A DNA stretch of 32,000 bases, from positions 1 to 32,000 of the forward strand of contig VGKT01000005.1 of NCBI GenBank assembly GCA_016866955.1. The letters run 5' to 3'. This DNA comes from Candidatus Pacearchaeota archaeon. Lineage in GTDB: Archaea > Nanobdellota > Nanobdellia > Pacearchaeales > GW2011-AR1. Position 1 is the stretch's first letter, and every line of letters begins with the position of its first letter. A program made the position numbers and the translations under genes. Below the pieces are notes generated by a model. It was not told the origin of the DNA. It searched no databases and saw only the letters and a program-made list of their open reading frames with translations. Shown here one piece after another: positions 13,679 through 22,722 of this stretch.

Positions 13679-14620
13679 TTACTCCAAGTTGCTTCCGCTA
13701 TTTAAAGGTTCTCTCGTCGCCAAAACAGCCCGATTATTCCGTAAGGATAATTCAGGTTCGGCAGTAAATACCGTAAACGTGACAGAAGATATTTCAGAAA
13801 CACGAATATTATCAACTGAAAAAATCTTACGTTTTCCAATACCGATTTCACCAATACTAAATTCTCGCTTGTTATCTCCTTCAACAACTAAAGTCACATT
13901 AGTAATGTCTCCTAATCCTTGATTTGCAACAGTCACCGCGAAACTCATATATCCTTTCGCAAGAGTCACATTTGCATCCCGTAACACCAAATCCCCATAG
14001 GGAGGAAAAGAATACAAACGAGTTAATTCTTTACTAATTGCATCATCTAATGTTTGTTTACAATCAGTAACGGGGAACATAATACTTCGAGGATCAGCAG
14101 TATGATCAAATCCTAATGCATGCAAAATTTCATGTAACGCTACGTGAGGAGTATCGCAAGTTTCTTCACGATAGAGCGAAACATTAGCTGATTGAATAAT
14201 GTAAAATGAACTTGCATTAATAGTTTTAGTGGGTCCTCCTTCACCTGCAACAAAATGACTTGCTTCTTCACCAGGCACCTCAAGGTCTTGACAGGAAATA
14301 AAGAAAACAGGGGTTCCTTCTGTTGTAAAACGCAAGGGAGTAGCTCGTTCAAGCATACGAAACGCTTCCAAAACAACCGCTTGTTTATTCTCTGAACATA
14401 CTTGTGCAAAGGAATAGGTAATTCTTGGAGAAACAAATCGCATATTAGCATAAAATTGTCCAGTATTGAAAGGCAATCCTTCTGAAATATTTTGCACAAA
14501 GGCAGCTTGAGCTTGCTGTTGTTCTACTAAAGGAACCGCTTGCAATAACAAAAATACCCCAAAGCCCGCAAGAACCACCAATCCCACAAGTGCAGCAGAA
14601 AAGAAGACCTCATTTCCCAT
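13679..14620 (-). CDS. membrane-anchored zinc metalloprotease, matrixin/metzincin (M10-like) with C-terminal CARDB-like domain
   Basis: HEILHALGFDH (HExxHxxGxxH) followed by the Met-turn SIMFP. N-terminal signal anchor FFSAALVGLVVLAGFGVFLLL. C-terminal VTVANQGLGDITNVTLVV resembles a CARDB domain. Confidence 0.8.
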   Translation of the reverse strand: MGNEVFFSAALVGLVVLAGFGVFLLLQAVPLVEQQQAQAAFVQNISEGLPFNTGQFYANMRFVSPRITYSFAQVCSENKQAVVLEAFRMLERATPLRFTTEGTPVFFISCQDLEVPGEEASHFVAGEGGPTKTINASSFYIIQSANVSLYREETCDTPHVALHEILHALGFDHTADPRSIMFPVTDCKQTLDDAISKELTRLYSFPPYGDLVLRDANVTLAKGYMSFAVTVANQGLGDITNVTLVVEGDNKREFSIGEIGIGKRKIFSVDNIRVSEISSVTFTVFTAEPELSLRNNRAVLATREPLNSGSNLE

Positions 14621-14642
14621 AGGACAAGAAAGAGAAAGACCA

Positions 14643-14651
14643 TTTTATATA
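14643..14651. promoter_or_regulatory. single shared (bidirectional) TATA box between the metalloprotease and archease genes
   Basis: TTTTATATA lies 22 nt from ATG 14620 (minus) and 21 nt from ATG 14673 (plus). Confidence 0.5.
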
Positions 14652-14672
14652 CTTGTCTCCCTCGTTCAAAGT

Positions 14673-15071
14673 ATGACTTTCACCTTCCTTGATCATGATG
14701 CAGACATAAAGATTCGCATTACCAGTCCAAGTGAGGGAGGCATTTATGAAGAGATAATTAAAGCACTCGCTACATACAGCGCAGATATGCCTATTAAAGC
14801 AGTAAAAGGCAAAACCATAACGGTAAAAGGAGATGATCGTAAAGCGCTTCTCTATGCATTTATAGAAGAGCTCCTCTTTCTTATCGACACACAACAGTTT
14901 ATTGCAAGCAAAGGAACTGTCACTATAAGGGGAAATAATCTCCAAGCAGAACTCTACGGAGACAATACAAAAAACTACGCTCTTGAAGCTATCAAAGCAC
15001 CAACCTTTGCCGAAATGCAGTTTGAAAAGACAAAGCAAGGTTGGGAAGCAATTATAGTGATAGATGTCTAA
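14673..15071 (+). CDS. archease (RtcB activator)
   Basis: FTFLDHDADIKIRI start (archease F..L.HTAD pattern), LLYAFIEELLFL, and C-terminal KAPTFAEMQF....WEAIIVIDV (KA.TYH...V......V..DV pattern). Confidence 0.85.
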   Translation: MTFTFLDHDADIKIRITSPSEGGIYEEIIKALATYSADMPIKAVKGKTITVKGDDRKALLYAFIEELLFLIDTQQFIASKGTVTIRGNNLQAELYGDNTKNYALEAIKAPTFAEMQFEKTKQGWEAIIVIDV

Positions 15072-15110
15072 CATCGGCATGTTTAAATAAGCATACTTTG
15101 CCGCATCAAT

Positions 15111-16043
15111 ATGCGCCTTATCTTTCATGGAGTACGTGGATCCTACCCACAACCAGATGCACGGATGATACAATATGGGGGAAGAACAACTTGTCTTCAG
15201 ATTACTAGTGCAGAAGGAAAGCACTATTTAGTTGATGCAGGCAACGGTATTATTCCTGCAGGAAAAAAAATGTACGAAATTGAAGGAAAGACAGGAAAAG
15301 TATCGCTTCTCTTTACGCATCTCCATCGCGACCATTTAGAGGGATTTCCCTTCTTTCGACTCGCATATGAAAAAGGATGGTACATTCATCTCTATGGGGG
15401 ACATACCGCGCTGCTTGAAGAACTAGATAAATTACCTCAAGCAACAGGAAAAATTATACAGAAAGGGAAGACAAGGAGCAATGCAGAGGATTTGCGTCAA
15501 GCCTTAAGAACATTGCAAGATACAAACAGAGGATTTTTTCCAATTCCACTAGCAGGTATGCAAGCGCGACTCTATTTTCATGCAGTTGCAGAGGGCATAC
15601 CTTTAGAAAATGAGGAAGAAATGCATATCACTCCCCACTATCATACTTTGCACCCACAGAATATGTGGGCATACGCTTTTGAAGAACATGGCAGAAAACT
15701 CTTCTTCACTGGTGACATCGAAACAACAGGTAGTTTAAAAAAAAGAGAAAACAATCGGTTAGTACGAGCAATGATGCATGTACACACACTTGTAGCAGAC
15801 GGACAATATACTCCTGAAGAATATGAAACCAGGCAGGGATGGGGACATTCCACATATGAGGGGATACTTACGCTTGCTGATCGGGCAGGAGTACAAAATG
15901 TCATCTTAACTCATCACGACCCTGACCATACGGATGCTGTCTTAGATGGAATAGAAATTCGTGCCAAGCGCTATGCACGAGAGACACTCAAATCACGGAT
16001 GAACGTCTCCCTTGCACGAGAAACAATGTATCGCGAAATTTAA
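15111..16043 (+). CDS. metallo-beta-lactamase-fold hydrolase (possible RNA-processing nuclease or phosphodiesterase)
   Basis: HxHxDH motif in LLFTHLHRDHLEGFPFF, a later TGD, and a distal ILTHHDPDH. TATA 15082-15089 lies 21 nt upstream. Confidence 0.75.
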   Translation: MRLIFHGVRGSYPQPDARMIQYGGRTTCLQITSAEGKHYLVDAGNGIIPAGKKMYEIEGKTGKVSLLFTHLHRDHLEGFPFFRLAYEKGWYIHLYGGHTALLEELDKLPQATGKIIQKGKTRSNAEDLRQALRTLQDTNRGFFPIPLAGMQARLYFHAVAEGIPLENEEEMHITPHYHTLHPQNMWAYAFEEHGRKLFFTGDIETTGSLKKRENNRLVRAMMHVHTLVADGQYTPEEYETRQGWGHSTYEGILTLADRAGVQNVILTHHDPDHTDAVLDGIEIRAKRYARETLKSRMNVSLARETMYREI

Positions 16044-16227
16044 TATGAGTAGTAATTCCTTAGTTTTACATTTTTGCGGTATCTTGGACACTTCTCACAA
16101 CTACGTGAATATCTTTCAGTACGTGAAGGTAAAACATGCCAGAAGAGGTACCGTTTACAGCTCATGAATCAATTCCTATAACTCCCTTCCGCCGAGCGTT
16201 TATAAAGCTTCATCCCCTTTTTCTTAT

Positions 16228-17640
16228 ATGAATCTTAAAGAAAACAAAAAAAATATCTGGGAACTCGAGCAAAAAGGAACTATGCATGTTCCTGGAAGAA
16301 TCGTTGCTTCCCAAAAGCTCCTCAATGGGATAACCAAAGATGGTAAAACGCTCCAACAACTTACCAATATGGCAAGCCTTCCAGGTATCCTCAATCCTGC
16401 GTGTGTTATGCCCGATGCCCACCAAGGCTATGGCTTCCCCATCGGTGGAGTTGCTGCATTTGATCTTCAAGAAGGAATCATTTCTCCCGGAGGAGTCGGA
16501 TACGATATTAATTGTGGGGTGCGACTTCTCAGAACAGGCATCAAAGCGAAGGAATTTCTTAAAAAACGCGAGCATATACTCCTTGATCTCCAAAAAGCGA
16601 TTCCCACAGGCGTAAAAACTTCCACTTTCAAACTTTCATTAGTACACCTTACCGCCATCTTGACAACCGGACTCTCCTGGGCAGTGAAACAAGGATATGC
16701 CACCAAAGCAGATCAAGCGTGTTGTGAAGACCAAGGAAGTCTGGAGGGAAACTCTCAAGCAGTCAGTCAACGAGCAAAAGAACGGGGATTGCAACAACTA
16801 GGAACGCTGGGATCAGGAAATCATTTTCTTGAATGCCAATTTGTTGAAACGATATATAACGAAAAAAAGGCAAAAATATTTGACCTTGCAGAGCAAGAAC
16901 TTGTTATTATGATACACTGTGGAAGCAGAGGACTAGGTCATCAAGTTGCAAGCGACTATATTATAAAAATGGAAAAAGAATACGGTTTCAAACATCTTCC
17001 AGATAGAGAATTAGCCTATGCTCCTCTCAACAGCAAACTCGGAAAAGAATATCGTGGGGCAATGAACGCTGCAGCAAACTTTGCATTTGTCAATCGACAG
17101 ATGATAACATATGCAATCAGAACAGTTTTTAGCAAATATTTCCCAGCAAATGAAATCACAGTTATTTATGATATTGCACATAATATTGCAAAATGGGAAA
17201 AACATGAAATAGCTGGGAAAATCTGTGAAGTCTGCGTACACAGAAAGGGCGCAACGCGTTCATTTGGCCCGGGACGAATAGAACTTCCTGCAAAATATAA
17301 TAAGATCGGATGTCCTATCTTTCTCCCGGGGAGCATGGGTACCTATTCGTATGTCTTGCATGGAACAAAAGAAGCCGAACAGCTCACGTTCGGTTCAACT
17401 GCGCACGGTGCAGGAAGAGCGCTCAGTCGAACCTTCGCCAGTAGCAATCTCCAACCTGAAACAATCAAAGCTCAGCTCGCTGAATCAAACGTAACACTCA
17501 AGGGGGCAAGTGCAAAGGGAATGTTAGAAGAAGCCCCACAAGCCTATAAAGATGTTAACGAAGTCGCTAAAGTAAGCGACGAGGCAGGCATTGGTACACT
17601 TATCGCCAGATTAAAACCTCTCGCCGTCTTAAAAGGATAA
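16228..17640 (+). CDS. rtcB: RNA 3'-phosphate/5'-OH ligase RtcB (tRNA-splicing ligase)
   Basis: PDAHQGYGFPIGGV, GGVGYDINCGVR, GSGNHF, HCGSRGLGHQV, PGSMG, HGAGR. TATA 16199-16206 lies 21 nt upstream. Confidence 0.95.
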   Translation: MNLKENKKNIWELEQKGTMHVPGRIVASQKLLNGITKDGKTLQQLTNMASLPGILNPACVMPDAHQGYGFPIGGVAAFDLQEGIISPGGVGYDINCGVRLLRTGIKAKEFLKKREHILLDLQKAIPTGVKTSTFKLSLVHLTAILTTGLSWAVKQGYATKADQACCEDQGSLEGNSQAVSQRAKERGLQQLGTLGSGNHFLECQFVETIYNEKKAKIFDLAEQELVIMIHCGSRGLGHQVASDYIIKMEKEYGFKHLPDRELAYAPLNSKLGKEYRGAMNAAANFAFVNRQMITYAIRTVFSKYFPANEITVIYDIAHNIAKWEKHEIAGKICEVCVHRKGATRSFGPGRIELPAKYNKIGCPIFLPGSMGTYSYVLHGTKEAEQLTFGSTAHGAGRALSRTFASSNLQPETIKAQLAESNVTLKGASAKGMLEEAPQAYKDVNEVAKVSDEAGIGTLIARLKPLAVLKG

Positions 17641-17684
17641 TCGACCCATATATTTAAAAGGGCCACTAAATCTTTTCACAAACT

Positions 17685-18449
17685 ATGGCAAATTACCACA
17701 GTGTACTCAATGAAGAACTCTGCCGTGCACTTCATGTTATGAATGGTACTCCAAAAGCTGCAATGATGCTGATAGTAGGGTCCTCAGAAAAGCTATCAGG
17801 ATCAGAAATATACGATACCTTACTATGTATCACTGAATCAAAAAAAGGAATTCCCCACAAAGCAGCATTTAGAAGCTATGGACTAGAGACCTTAGTGCCC
17901 TATGGATTTGCAATATCTCATAGAGAGCGCTATAATCTGCGGACGGATATCACCTATTTTAACCCCACTAAAAGAGGAAGAACGCTAGGATTTGGAGCAG
18001 CGGCCCTTGCACTTGATTTTGAAGCGCAAACAGGCCTCTCATTAGGAAAAGTACTTGGTGCTTCTGCAAGCAGAGAAGAACGAAAAGGTCCTGAAACGAG
18101 AGTACGGATACTCACATATCTTGCAACTGTCCCAAAAGCACATTTAAAAGAGATAGCTCAAGCAGCAGAAATCGACCCAGCTATTTTCAATAGACATAAA
18201 AAAGTATTAAATGCAGCAGGGATCATCACATGTAAGCAGCAAGGAAGATATGTTGAGGCATCTTTAACTGAACAAGGAAAAAAAGTAGTTGAAGAATGTA
18301 TCTATCCTTTACTCGGTGCAACGTATTCATCAACTGATTTAGAAAGACTTATTGAAACAGGACATGCACTACAAGACGTAATCATAGGAAAAACTCTGTT
18401 ACGAGACGCATTCGCTAGTCATTCACTTAAACAGCCGCGAAATAAATAA
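17685..18449 (+). CDS. winged helix-turn-helix (ArsR/TrmB-like) DNA-binding protein, hypothetical regulator
   Basis: RVRILTYLATVPKAHLKEIAQAAEIDPAIFNRHKKVLNAAGIITCKQQGRYVEASLTEQG has a wHTH pattern. The N-terminal half may hold a second degenerate wHTH. Confidence 0.5.
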   Translation: MANYHSVLNEELCRALHVMNGTPKAAMMLIVGSSEKLSGSEIYDTLLCITESKKGIPHKAAFRSYGLETLVPYGFAISHRERYNLRTDITYFNPTKRGRTLGFGAAALALDFEAQTGLSLGKVLGASASREERKGPETRVRILTYLATVPKAHLKEIAQAAEIDPAIFNRHKKVLNAAGIITCKQQGRYVEASLTEQGKKVVEECIYPLLGATYSSTDLERLIETGHALQDVIIGKTLLRDAFASHSLKQPRNK

Positions 18450-18506
18450 ATGGGGAGATAATCCATAAAGCATGCACTGCATGAAATACACTGTGAAAAA
18501 AAATTT

Positions 18507-18752
18507 TTAATGAATATAACTGGGGGGATTTCGGTGTACCGAGGGTTGAACAGGAGGAGAAAGGGCTTCTTTCACAGAATGAGAGGAAGTAGAAGGCGTA
18601 TGCACGATTTTTTGCAAGATAATTTTTCCTTCATGTTCAAGAATATGCAATACATCGCCTTCCATAATATCAAGGCGTTCACGCAAATGTAACGGCATCA
18701 CAATCTGTCCCCGACTACTCATACGTGTCACCCAGGTCCCCTTTTTAGGCAT
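18507..18752 (-). CDS. AbrB/SpoVT/MazE-family DNA-binding domain protein (81 aa)
   Basis: MSSRGQIVMPLHLRERLDIMEGDVLHILEHEGKIILQKI matches the swapped-hairpin SpoVT-AbrB pattern. TATA lies 20 nt upstream of ATG 18752. Confidence 0.75.
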   Translation of the reverse strand: MPKKGTWVTRMSSRGQIVMPLHLRERLDIMEGDVLHILEHEGKIILQKIVHTPSTSSHSVKEALSPPVQPSVHRNPPSYIH

Positions 18753-18981
18753 ATTTTAGTAAGATTATCTTACTATATAAGCCTTACGGCAAGAATATCC
18801 TAACAATACCCTAAAAACCCCGGTAATTCCTGAGATATCCAATCATAGCAAGCCTACTATATAAGCATTACCCCTCATTTTTCACGAGGGCAAAAGTTCA
18901 AAAACGTCAGCACCATCATCAAAAGAAGAGGTATGAAGACTTTTTTGTTGTTGTTCTTCGTCTACTCCTCTCACTCCCCCC

Positions 18982-20772
18982 ATGTCCATCACAACTGACC
19001 TCCCCATACCAACATTCAAAGAAAATATTCGTTCATATTTTGGACTCGTAAAAACAAGAAAAGGTTCCTGGTTAACAATTGCATTCCTTACCCTCATAAT
19101 TCAAGCATTTCTGATTGCTGATAAATTATTGTTTAAAGAAGTAGTAGATAAGAGTGCGCTCTATGCAGGAGGAGACATAACTACTCAGATACTCGCTCAA
19201 ACATTTATACTAATTGCTTGGATATTCCTCGGAGTTGCGGGAACACGCATGATCCTTAACCTCATCATTCAACGCATGAAACAACATTTAGAAGCAGGAC
19301 TCATACAAAAACTCAAAGAAGAATACACCGCCCACATTTTACAATTATCTCACAATTTCCACGTTTCACATAAAACGGGTTCTTTAATAACACGATTAAG
19401 TAGAGGGGAATCAGCTCTTGAAGATATCAACGGTTTCTTTGTAGACACACTCCTACCAAATATATTCAGATTATTCGTAACAGGCGCCGCTTTGTGGTAT
19501 TTTGATAAATCTTCCATTATTATCATACTGCTCACATTTGGAGGATTCGTAGGATATTCACTCTATATTCAAACAAAGCAAATACAAGCATCCGCATTCT
19601 ATAATGAAGCAGAAGACAGTGAAAAGGGATATACTGCCGAAGCAATAACCAATATTGATTCCGTTAAATATTATGGAAAAGAAATATTCGTGCTAACAAA
19701 AATGAGAAATTATTTCATAGAAACAAAAAAAAGATTACTTGCCTATTGGAAATATCATCTTCTCGCAACAGGAATACAACATCTGTTTCTCATTGGAGGA
19801 ACCGTGGCCATATTATATTTCCCCCTTATCAAAGTACTCGCGGGAGAAATGACCATTGGTACCGTAGTATTCATTTATTCGACTTATCTTGGTCTTCATA
19901 GCGATGCAGTTTCATTTGCTCGTCAACTTCGTATGTTCACCAGACGAGTATCTGATTTCGGTTCCCTCACTCGTTATAAAAAAGTGCAGAATGAAATCAA
20001 AGACATCCCCAACGCACCAGAACTAGCAGTCAAAGAAGGAAGCATCTCGTTCTCAAACATCACCTTCTCCTATAACAAACGCCCTATTTTCAAGAACTTC
20101 TCGTTAGACATAAAACCAAATGAGAAAGTTGCGTTAGTTGGGCATTCAGGTTCAGGTAAATCAACGCTCATCAAACTTCTTTATCGCCTTTATGATGTCG
20201 AACAAGGACGTATTCTTATTGACGGAAACGATAGCAGAACAGTTAAACAAGAATCTCTCCGTTCTGAACTTGCTATCGTCCCACAAGAAGCAGTATTATT
20301 TGACGATACCATCTATAACAACATTCTCTTCTCAAACCCTTCTGCAAGCAGAAAAGAAGTCCTCTACGCAATCAAATATGCTCAATTAGACAAAATTATT
20401 GCAACATTTCCAAATAAAGAACAAACGATTGTAGGCCAGCGAGGAGTAAAGCTCTCTGGGGGAGAAAAGCAACGTGTCTCCATTGCAAGAGCATTGTTAG
20501 CAAATAAACGTATTTTGGTATTAGATGAAGCAACGTCTGCCCTAGATTCACAAACCGAACATGATATTCAAACAGATCTCAAAAAGCTGTTAGAAGGACG
20601 AACAGCAATCATCATTGCTCATCGTCTTTCCACCATTATGCATGCAGATAAAATCATCGTACTTGATAAAGGGAAGATTGTTCAGCAAGGCACCCATCGG
20701 CAACTTATCACCAAACCTGGCCTCTACCGTCAACTCTGGAATCTCCAAAAGGGCGGCTATATTGGAGAATAA
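18982..20772 (+). CDS. ABC exporter, fused permease/ATPase (ABCB/MsbA/ATM1-like)
   Basis: Six-TM N-terminal half. Walker A GHSGSGKST, signature LSGGEKQR, Walker B ILVLDEATSALD, H-loop IIIAHRLST. Confidence 0.9.
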   Translation: MSITTDLPIPTFKENIRSYFGLVKTRKGSWLTIAFLTLIIQAFLIADKLLFKEVVDKSALYAGGDITTQILAQTFILIAWIFLGVAGTRMILNLIIQRMKQHLEAGLIQKLKEEYTAHILQLSHNFHVSHKTGSLITRLSRGESALEDINGFFVDTLLPNIFRLFVTGAALWYFDKSSIIIILLTFGGFVGYSLYIQTKQIQASAFYNEAEDSEKGYTAEAITNIDSVKYYGKEIFVLTKMRNYFIETKKRLLAYWKYHLLATGIQHLFLIGGTVAILYFPLIKVLAGEMTIGTVVFIYSTYLGLHSDAVSFARQLRMFTRRVSDFGSLTRYKKVQNEIKDIPNAPELAVKEGSISFSNITFSYNKRPIFKNFSLDIKPNEKVALVGHSGSGKSTLIKLLYRLYDVEQGRILIDGNDSRTVKQESLRSELAIVPQEAVLFDDTIYNNILFSNPSASRKEVLYAIKYAQLDKIIATFPNKEQTIVGQRGVKLSGGEKQRVSIARALLANKRILVLDEATSALDSQTEHDIQTDLKKLLEGRTAIIIAHRLSTIMHADKIIVLDKGKIVQQGTHRQLITKPGLYRQLWNLQKGGYIGE

Positions 20773-20775
20773 GTA

Positions 20776-21612
20776 TCACAATCGCATAGTATCAATTAAT
20801 CGTTGTGCTTCAGCAGCTTCCTCATACGCTTCATTATAAATATGGTTGACTAATGCACAATGTGCTGCTTGAAATTCTTTAACATGCCCGGGGCGACAAG
20901 AGGGGGCGACAAAAGCGCTACCTAATTCGCATAATGATTCTTCTAAATGAGTTCCTTTCCCGAATGCTTTTAATTCTTCTTGTAGCAACATACGTTCAGC
21001 AGAAAAGTTAGATGAAGAAGTTTCAATTAAAGGATATAAAAATCGATTAAATAAGTAAGGAATGAATGGAGTTTCTTCAGGTAAATCACTACAAGAAGTA
21101 ACTGCAAAAGTATGGGGTATCTTCTGAATCTCTAATTCCAGTCTTCCTGTGCGCGTTAAAGTTTCAGCAAGTTCAGTTTGATACAGGGTAGCTGCAGCAT
21201 GTATTGCTTGGTGTAATCCTAGCGGATTATGAAAAGAACCAACGTATATTACATCTTCATGAGGGGTAATTGGCAATACCTCTTCAGTTTGGCAGGGAAG
21301 CTCAACCATATAAGAAGGAAGGAAAGGTATTGATCGAAGCCCTCTTTGCTCTGCAAAAGCATGCAGTTTTTTAACGGAAGAAGCATGAGCTAGCTTAAAC
21401 GAGTCACCAGAAACTCCTGCTTTTTGTATCGCATCTGCAGAATGAAGCGTGTGTAACAATCCTTGTGTCTCTCGATTAGCCAAAACAAGAAAGGAAGGCA
21501 GTTCCCAGTAAGAGCGATCGGCAAGTGCTCGACTAGCATTATCAAACAATGAACCATAAATAATCGCTCGTCCTTTCGTATTTAGTGCAGTCCCTTGAAT
21601 CCATTTATACAT
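20776..21612 (-). CDS. hypothetical protein (278 aa)
   Basis: Long ORF. TATA lies 20 nt upstream of ATG 21612. No motif recognised. Confidence 0.6.
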   Translation of the reverse strand: MYKWIQGTALNTKGRAIIYGSLFDNASRALADRSYWELPSFLVLANRETQGLLHTLHSADAIQKAGVSGDSFKLAHASSVKKLHAFAEQRGLRSIPFLPSYMVELPCQTEEVLPITPHEDVIYVGSFHNPLGLHQAIHAAATLYQTELAETLTRTGRLELEIQKIPHTFAVTSCSDLPEETPFIPYLFNRFLYPLIETSSSNFSAERMLLQEELKAFGKGTHLEESLCELGSAFVAPSCRPGHVKEFQAAHCALVNHIYNEAYEEAAEAQRLIDTMRL

Positions 21613-21683
21613 AGTAAAAGAATTCCTGCACTATTTTTAAGCTCATCGGTATCTTTTTAAATCTTTTTTAAATAAGTTATGAA

Positions 21684-22334
21684 ATGCCTAAAATAGAAAA
21701 CCAAAAAATTCAAGAACGCTATGTGATAGATACCTGCGCATTGTTTCCTTTAGGAACCTCTAAAAGAACAACCGAATGGGACGAAGAGAGTTTTAGAGCG
21801 GGACTCGCCTGTTTAAGAGACGTACAAGAAGGCTTTATGAATAATATGTTCTATTGCATTCCGCAAATGCTTGAAGAACTTGATGCTATGACTTCTCTTC
21901 TACAAATAAGAGCAGATAGCTTAAGACCAAATGAGGATACAAATACATTTCTTACTTTGTTACGTAGAATACGAATTCGTTGTCAAACAGGAATATATGA
22001 ATGGCAACAAGAAAAAGGTGAACGTGCAACACTCGGCAAATGGATCCACCACTGGACAAAAAATCATCGCCCATATTTAGACAAAGGGAAACGGGGAGGG
22101 TGGATTCAAACTGATCGCCATCTGATGACATCAACGATATTGCTTGGATTAGAAGCTCCAGCAACGCTAGTCACTCATGATAGAGACTTACAAGAAAGTT
22201 TCCGCGATGTGATACGAACCGTAATACCCGGAGGGGGCTTGGAAGAAATGTTCCCACACCCTTTCCACATTTATTCCTTTCCATATGCAAAATCAGAATG
22301 TAAAAAAACAGTCTACGCCCATCCCGATAAGTAA
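21684..22334 (+). CDS. hypothetical protein with PIN-like features
   Basis: N-terminal YVIDTCALFPLG and C-terminal ATLVTHDRDLQESF resemble the first and last acidic motifs of PIN-domain nucleases. The middle region is unrecognised. Confidence 0.4.
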   Translation: MPKIENQKIQERYVIDTCALFPLGTSKRTTEWDEESFRAGLACLRDVQEGFMNNMFYCIPQMLEELDAMTSLLQIRADSLRPNEDTNTFLTLLRRIRIRCQTGIYEWQQEKGERATLGKWIHHWTKNHRPYLDKGKRGGWIQTDRHLMTSTILLGLEAPATLVTHDRDLQESFRDVIRTVIPGGGLEEMFPHPFHIYSFPYAKSECKKTVYAHPDK

Positions 22335-22392
22335 TAAGCGTTTTATTCAGAAAAAGAAAAAATCTAACTGCAATATGCACAACAACTAATCT

Positions 22393-22671
22393 CTAATTCA
22401 TCTCCACTCTCGACATGCCACGATGAACGCGTATGGGTTTCCCCATTGTTCCTTCATGATACACCACATAATTTCCCGAACCATACTCATCTAAAAATGG
22501 AAAAAGTGTCGTGAGACACAATCCTGAAATCCAAAACTGCAGAGGTTCATCCCGTTCGCCCGAATCATCGCTATGTATTTGTTCCTCATAAATGCGTCCA
22601 GGATACTCTTGCAAAAATGCTTCATACAAGTCAGGATCATCCATAACAACAGAAACCAAGGAGTTTTTCAT
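22393..22671 (-). CDS. hypothetical acidic protein (92 aa)
   Basis: Start re-called to ATG 22671 (MKNSLVSVVMDD...), 21 nt from the shared TATA box. The ORF-track GTG start at 22749 would overlap the neighbouring gene and the promoter. Confidence 0.5.
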   Translation of the reverse strand: MKNSLVSVVMDDPDLYEAFLQEYPGRIYEEQIHSDDSGERDEPLQFWISGLCLTTLFPFLDEYGSGNYVVYHEGTMGKPIRVHRGMSRVEMN

Positions 22672-22692
22672 GCTGTTGCTTCTACCCTTCAC

Positions 22693-22702
22693 TTTAAAAA
22701 TA
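22693..22702. promoter_or_regulatory. single shared (bidirectional) TATA box between 22393-22671 and the SPOUT methyltransferase gene
   Basis: TTTAAAAATA lies 21 nt from ATG 22671 (minus) and 20 nt from ATG 22723 (plus). Confidence 0.5.
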
Positions 22703-22722
22703 TACGCTCTCTTCATTGTTCT

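Noticed and set aside
14610-15224. 204-aa minus-strand ORF from the ORF track.
   Set aside because: It lies entirely antisense to the well-supported archease and MBL genes and runs across their shared promoter. Its composition is Cys/Phe-rich and shadow-frame-like, and it has no TATA context.
16137-16232. 31-aa ORF (MPEEVPFTAHESIPITPFRRAFIKLHPLFLI) upstream of and overlapping the rtcB start.
   Set aside because: It has no TATA box at the modal distance, runs through the rtcB TATA box and start, and has no recognisable motif.
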